A stretch of 64,000 nucleotides of DNA from the human T2T-CHM13v2.0 reference genome, Homo sapiens. The notes beneath the pieces were generated by a model. It saw only the letters and a list, made by a program, of their open reading frames with translations. It was not told the origin of the DNA and did no database searches. The DNA lies in assembly GCF_009914755.1 (NCBI RefSeq), contig NC_060928.1. The stretch is one strand, 5' to 3'. The stretch's first letter is position 1; each line of letters opens with the position of its first letter. The position numbers and the translations under genes are program-made. This document shows, one piece after another, positions 57,633 to 64,000 of this stretch.

Positions 57633-59647
57633 GGCAGTTTCTAATTCTTTTCTTGGGGAATAATAGTTGGTGTATCCCTTTGAAAAACTGGTCATGCATC
57701 ATTGTACTTCTGTCTCCCACCTTTTTACCCTAGAATTTATTCTGAATATTTCAGAAAATTCAGACTACATCTTCTATAGAGGAATGGGGTTTGAAAAATG
57801 AAAACCCAGGCACTTGTATAGACATAGGAACATCCAAGATGTACTCATGGAGATAGTGCTGTGGCTGCTATATTTCGGATGCTCTGTTCTGCTGCAGCTA
57901 TGAGCCTACTGAGGCTTTGAGCCTTACTTGTCATTGGCTTATCCCTGCTCGAATGGGAGTAGAAAGATGTGAGATCCTTAGGGCACCTCAGTGTAGCCCT
58001 GCTACACAAGATTCTCCATTATGGCACCAGTTAGAGGGAAAGTGTGAAACTCTCTAACTCAGGAGATATTTAACGATCAGTATCAGTGCTGTGTATTTGA
58101 GAGGGTGGCCTCTGGGTTCTTTCAGGAATGGTTGGTTGACATGATTGAATCACACAATTTCACAAGGAGATGGACCGTAAAAGGCTACACAGTACAATCA
58201 TTGTCAAACTCCAGAACTACTAAAAAAGTCACTCAGGGATGAGAGTTAAACATTCAAATTCCTATATCATATCCTGATAACAATAAGTTTCCCTGGGTGT
58301 CTCCAGAGTCTGTCTGGTCATAAACTTCTTAAGTATTTCTTAGTTAGCTCTGAAACTCAAAAAGTATTTGACTAAATGGTGAAATGGTGCAATGTACCTT
58401 TAAAAATTTGAAAATGACAACAAATAATTCCTGAATGATTTTATTAATAATAGTCTGCTAAAACCTAACCAGATGTTAACTTCTATAGATTAAAAACTTA
58501 TTCTGTTTTCTCCTGAATGGATGGATTCCTACCTGATTTGATTTTTCCTTGCACAGACATTCTGTGGCTGTGTCCCTCGTGGGAGGACATGAAAAGATGG
58601 CCATTCTAGAGAACAGATTCTGTTGTGGTGAAGGGTACCTTTGCTCCTCTGACTGGATGCAGATATCACAGTCTGTAGGAGGCAAGGAAAGCTCTGCTTT
58701 TAGCCTCACTATCCTCTCACCCTTCAAATTCTTGACAGAGTGCATCTGAAAAGTAAAATAATTGTTTCCCTCATGACTGCAGCACAGATGAAATGAAAAA
58801 GACTGGCCTTTCCCCGACTCCTGAGTAATTAATTTAGTCTAATGTGTCTGTTCTAGCATCCAAGTACTGCAGCAGTAGGCGCCAGGCATATGTGCAGATA
58901 GCTTGAGAGAGATCATGTTATTCAGATAATCTAGTTAGCCCTTGGTCCACCCAATGTTAACAGTGACTTGAAGCTCTCATTCATTATTTAGGCTAACAAT
59001 ATCTTACATGTTAGAGCAAATTTTAGCATTTAACACACTTTCATAAATACTGTCAGGAAGCTGGATATATGGGAGGAAGTTTGTATGACTTGTTTCATGG
59101 TCTGACAACCCAGAAAGGGTCAGAGTTGAGACTCAAATGCAAGCCTCGAGACTTCAAATCTAGTTTCCCTCTAAAGGACATGAGGGTGTATGTAATACAA
59201 TTTTTTCAGTTCCTATAGTTATAGAGGAAATCAAAGCTCTGGTTCCAATAAGAGTGTTATTTGGCTCAAATCCACACCCAGATTAAATGAGACTCTAGAG
59301 TCACTCCTAACTCTTTATCAGGGCTTGGCTCCTTCTGAAAAACACTCCACTGTCTCCTTTATCCAGTTAGAGTTCTAGGGAAACTTATTTGATTAGCACT
59401 AAAACCCAGAGTCATAGTATAATATATTTCTTTTAGCAAGTCCTGCATTAAACAAATACTTGTGTATTCAGCATGTGCTATGACCTGGGTACTGTGCTGA
59501 GAACAGGGAACATAATCAGTGGGGAGCAGGGGAAAACTTGCGTGTCTTCTTTGAACTTATAGTAGATTTAGAAGAGGTAGACATATACATAGGGTATGGG
59601 CATAGAGGGCTATTTCTGAATGAGATGGATGTATAGAGATAAACAGT

Positions 59648-59951
<304 letters not shown>

Positions 59952-60264
59952 CTAGGCTAATCAATAAAGGATGAGGAGGAGTTAGGTAGGTAAATGCGGA
60001 TGAGATGGAGAGAAGTTCCCAGGCAGAAGGGAGCAGCACCATGGGGAGGCCTGGACTGGGAAGCCTTGTGAGATCAGCTGTTGCTTACGTTCGAGTCACT
60101 GATGTGATGCTGCCACAAACCTCCACATCTGTGTGCATCCCCTTCCCTTTCCAAACCTAATCGCAGGCCTCTGGCTGCTGCCCTTTCTTGCCCCCCACTC
60201 TGTTCCCTGATGCAACTTACCTCTTCAACCTACCTCTGCTCCTTTATTTGCAAGCAAGGGAGAC

Positions 60265-60830
60265 TGTATTAGGTAGAGTAATGACTCCCCAAAAGATGTC
60301 CATGCCATAATTCCCAGAAACTGTGAATATGCAAGGACATGCCAAGTAGGTAGTAAGGTTGTTTACAGAATTAAGGAAATTAATCAATTGGCTTCAATAT
60401 AGAAAAGTGCCTGGATTTTCCAGGTGGAACCAATCTAATCACATGAGCTTTGGAAAGAAGAGGGAGGTGGAAGCGTGGGCCAGATGGTCAAGACACTAGA
60501 ATGATTCCATACTCCAGTGTTGGCTCTGAACGTGGAGAAAGCAAGCCATGAACCAAAAAAACTGGTGTCCCATAGAAGCCAGGAATGGCCCTCAGGAACA
60601 TACCAGCAACAAAATATGAACCTTGGTCCAATCCACAACGTGAATGAGCAGGAAGCAGATTCTCTCCTCAAGTTTCTGGAAAAGAATACGGCCTGCCAAC
60701 ATTGTGATTTTAGTCTAATGAGACACACACTGGCCTTCTGACCTACAGAACTGCAAGATAATAAATGTGTATTGTGTGAGGCTGCTCAAATTATGAGAAT
60801 TTCTTACAGCAGCAATATAAAACTAATAAA
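60265..60830 (+). mobile_element. MLT1D/E MaLR solo LTR
   Basis: ccccaaaagatgtccatg...ttctgacctacagaactgcaagataataaatgtgt...cagcagcaatataaaactaata. Confidence 0.85.
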
Positions 60831-61483
60831 AGGCTTTCTACTGGAAAATGGGAATCTTCTATCAGACCTGGGATGGCCCCAATTTCAAGGTTACAATATA
60901 GGTCACCTGAACTGCACCCCTAGGGGAGCAGTGTATACCCACAGCTCTACACGCTGCCTTGCTGCATGGAAATAACACCATAGCTTTTGCAGACATATTG
61001 AATTCAGTCTTCATCCTTCTATAAAGAATGGCCTCCAGGAATCACAAGAGATTTATTTGTGTGGTTCCAATATGTGCTTTATTCTGATCCCCTGTCCTAA
61101 AAAGTCTGGTCCTGAGTCTTGAGTAAGCTGATTTCCTTTAGTTTTCCCTCTGAGAGAAAGACCTGTTTTCCGCCTTGCTGAAGCACTTTCCCCTGGGCTT
61201 TGTGAGGGAGTTTCTGTCTCTCCATTTCAATGCTATGATGTTTATCTTCATGACTTGAAACCTAAACATACTTTCCAAAATTCTCTAACAATTTTTTTGC
61301 GTTTGGAGATAGAAGTGGGGCCAATAAAGGTGATAGTGTGGTCAGCTGGTGGGATTTTAGGGCCTCTTAAAATTTGCTACACATGATGCATGTTGGGCTC
61401 CACTGCCAACTGCCATACACCCATAGAGATGGAAAAAGAAAAAAATTTGTAAAATCAAAAGCACATTTATGTCCTTAAAATTT

Positions 61484-63480
61484 TAAGATGGCATTATAAA
61501 GACATCTCTGTCATTTTCTTCCTACAGAAATCAACTCACAATAACAGAAAAATCTAAAAAATAGAAAATACAAAATCCATCTATGATGAAACAAGGGGTC
61601 ATCTTAGCCCTAAACAACAATATATAAGGAAAGGCTGCTAAGGAAAGATTACACTGGGGTCTAGGAAGACATAGAGCTCTCTCCATACCACTGGGGTGCA
61701 TGCTACTGCAGATCTCAAACTAGCAAAACACCATCATTTTCTAATGGAAATGCATACCGAGGGAAAAAAACCTCTTTGCGTTTTGGCTTAAAGGGATTAA
61801 ATAGAACAAGGTGCATATCTTACTGAGGTTATCGTTGAAGACTGAGTGTCTCTGTAGAGTAATAGGAGAGTTAGATCTAAGAGAGAAAACTGAAAATGTC
61901 ATGACTGCATGTAGATGACACAAAAGTAGAAAGAAACTGAATTGTGAGCAGTTTAGACAGGCCAATCTGCTGTGAGTGCTCAGAAAAATATGCTAAGAAA
62001 AATCATGCTTATACACACAACTCCGTAACATCAGAAGTTTCACTGAGAATGAGACTAAAATCCTGCTCACTTTGCCTTCTCTGGTCCCTTTAGTACATAA
62101 ATTTCCTTAAAATAACTGAACCAGGACTGACTTAGGTCATTCAAAGTGAATAATAATAAATAAGAATAATTACCACAGGTCTATATACCTTACTACTACC
62201 ACTGCTAGTGGGGAAAAGAGGAAAGAAATAGAAGTGAGAAGAAATGATAGATGCAAGTATCTCCATTGAGGAAATGACAATCCATAACAATCTGAATTGT
62301 AAGTTTTCATGAAATTAACAAAAAACACAAACCAGAGATCTAAGAGGTTAAGGGAGATACAGAAAAAATACAGGAGGATGATAAACTAGTAGAGTTCCAG
62401 ATAAAAGTGGTGCAAAACCATCACATAAATGAAGGTTACATTGAAACCAACAGGAGAATAGAATAGATGCCACTTAAATCCTAGTAATGACACAGAATGT
62501 AGGATTGAGAAAAGTGAGGATAGTAAAATATAGTAAGCAAGGATGAAAAGGATTAGAGAAAATATGTTAGATATAGATGGCAGACACAGAAAATGTGATG
62601 TATACATCATTGGGTCCCTCAATAAGCAATCTGATGAATTAAAGACAAAAATATCCAAATATATAATTCAAAAAACTTTCCAGAATGAAATCCAGTTAGG
62701 ATCCACAGATTTTTTTAACAATGTTCTCTGCCACAGGAAAAACTGGTATAGAATGATCAAGCTGTGACATATCCAAGTATATATTACTAGGTTCAAACAC
62801 TAGGAAAAGAGTCCCTTGATCATTTTTGCAAAAGGAAAAAATCACTGTCCTAATCAGCATGGGCTGCCATAATAAAGCCCCACAGACTAGGTGGCTTCAT
62901 CAACAGAAAGTCCTTTTGTCACAGCTCTGGAGGCTGGAAGACCATGATCAGGATATCAGCATGGTCAGGTTCTGGTGCGGAGCAGCTTCCTGGCTTGCAG
63001 ATGGCCACCATCTCATTGTGTCCTAAAATGGCAGAGAGTAAACAAGCTCTGGTCTCTTCCTCTTCTTATAAGGACGCTAACCCCATCCTGGGGATTCCAC
63101 TGTCACAGCCTCATCTAAACCTTATTATTTCCCAAAGACCCCACCTCCTAATCCCATCACATTAGGGGTTAGAGTTTCAACATACAAACCTGGAGAAACA
63201 TAGGCATTAAGTCCGTAACAGTTATCTATACAGCATAAAAATTGGTTCCAGTCTTATACCTCTTCATAGATACACTCACAGCACTAAAAGACAATGGACT
63301 ACACTAAAGAAAGGAAAGAAACACCCTATAACTTTATATTTAGCGAAACTGTCACAAGATATAAGAGCCATAACCCTACATCTTTTTAAACATAAAAGAA
63401 CTCAGGAAATATAATTGTCAACAAGATTGTTTTTATAGAAAGTACCACAGGGTAGCCTTGAGAAAACCAAGTAATGAATA
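61484..63480 (+). mobile_element. HAL1 or old L1 ORF1-like region, decayed
   Basis: ORF 62543-62767 (DIDGRHRKCDVYIIGS...YIIQKTFQ) resembles the L1 ORF1 RRxNIRIIGVPE...IIQENFP motif; aagatggc start. Confidence 0.6.
62846..63220 (-). mobile_element. MLT1A MaLR solo LTR
   Basis: gggctgccataataaag...ctggaggctggaag...cttataaggacgctaaccccatc...atcacattaggggttagagtttcaaca. Confidence 0.85.
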
Positions 63481-63529
63481 AAGAAAGGAAGGGACTAGTG
63501 GTCAGTTCTGAGTTCATTTAACTCACTAA

Positions 63530-63590
63530 GAATTAATACTTAATTAAGCTGTGCTTAAGTACTAATTAAGCTGTGCTTAAGTATTAATTC
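63530..63590. repeat. 22-bp tandem duplication enclosed by a 14-bp inverted repeat
   Basis: taattaagctgtgcttaagta(c/t) twice; gaattaatacttaa ... ttaagtattaattc. Confidence 0.9.
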
Positions 63591-64000
63591 CCCTCTGTGG
63601 TTGTAGAGGGGAATGTAAATGTTTAAAATAATGATAATGTAGTTCTAGTATAAATAATGCAAATTGGGAGAGGAAGTGAGAGATAAGGTAGAAGGTAGTG
63701 ATGAAGACTGTTCTTTTCATAATAGATGAAAAATGTCACCACCAATAAAATTACACAAAATACTGAGTGGATCACATATTTACAACCTCATCACTGGCAG
63801 ATGGAGTAACATAATTGAAATATTGAAGCAATTTTATTCTTACACAAACAGAGGGTCACATTTCAGGCTGACCTTCTAAAAAATATTTTATGTTGTAAGG
63901 AGCTGGATGAACCTCTGGCCGTTAGCCCATTTAAATTATTTCTGGAACCAATATAAATGAATAAAAACATTCAAATGTTTACATTTATCTCACATTTATC

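Noticed and set aside
58290-58430. Possible L3/CR1 RT remnant
   Set aside because: Only vague resemblance; cannot be supported by eye

Overview
Primate (human-like) non-coding, AT-rich genomic DNA made up largely of interspersed repeats. No host protein-coding gene, RNA gene, CRISPR array or prokaryotic system is recognisable. The two long ORFs (394 and 741 aa, minus strand) are halves of LINE-1 ORF2 in a 5'-truncated L1PA2-like copy, split by a single 1-bp deletion. Also present: an old ERV-L internal region (protease/RT/RNase H/integrase remnants), two full-length THE1 MaLR elements with perfect 5-bp TSDs, solo ERV1 LTRs (MER4-, MER34-, LTR9-, LTR10-, MER67/MER31-like), MLT/MST LTRs, six Alus plus a monomer, old L1M/L2/MIR/HAL1 pieces and hAT MITEs (MER20, MER96B, MER5). 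Most worth following up: an LTR10 with AP-1 repeat units, an LTR9 with three perfect octamers, a candidate 213-nt exon between inverted Alus, fold-back microsatellite hairpins and multi-level nested insertions. I found no support for a novel biological system. Subfamily names come from remembered consensus sequences and need RepeatMasker/Dfam confirmation; bounds of old elements are approximate.
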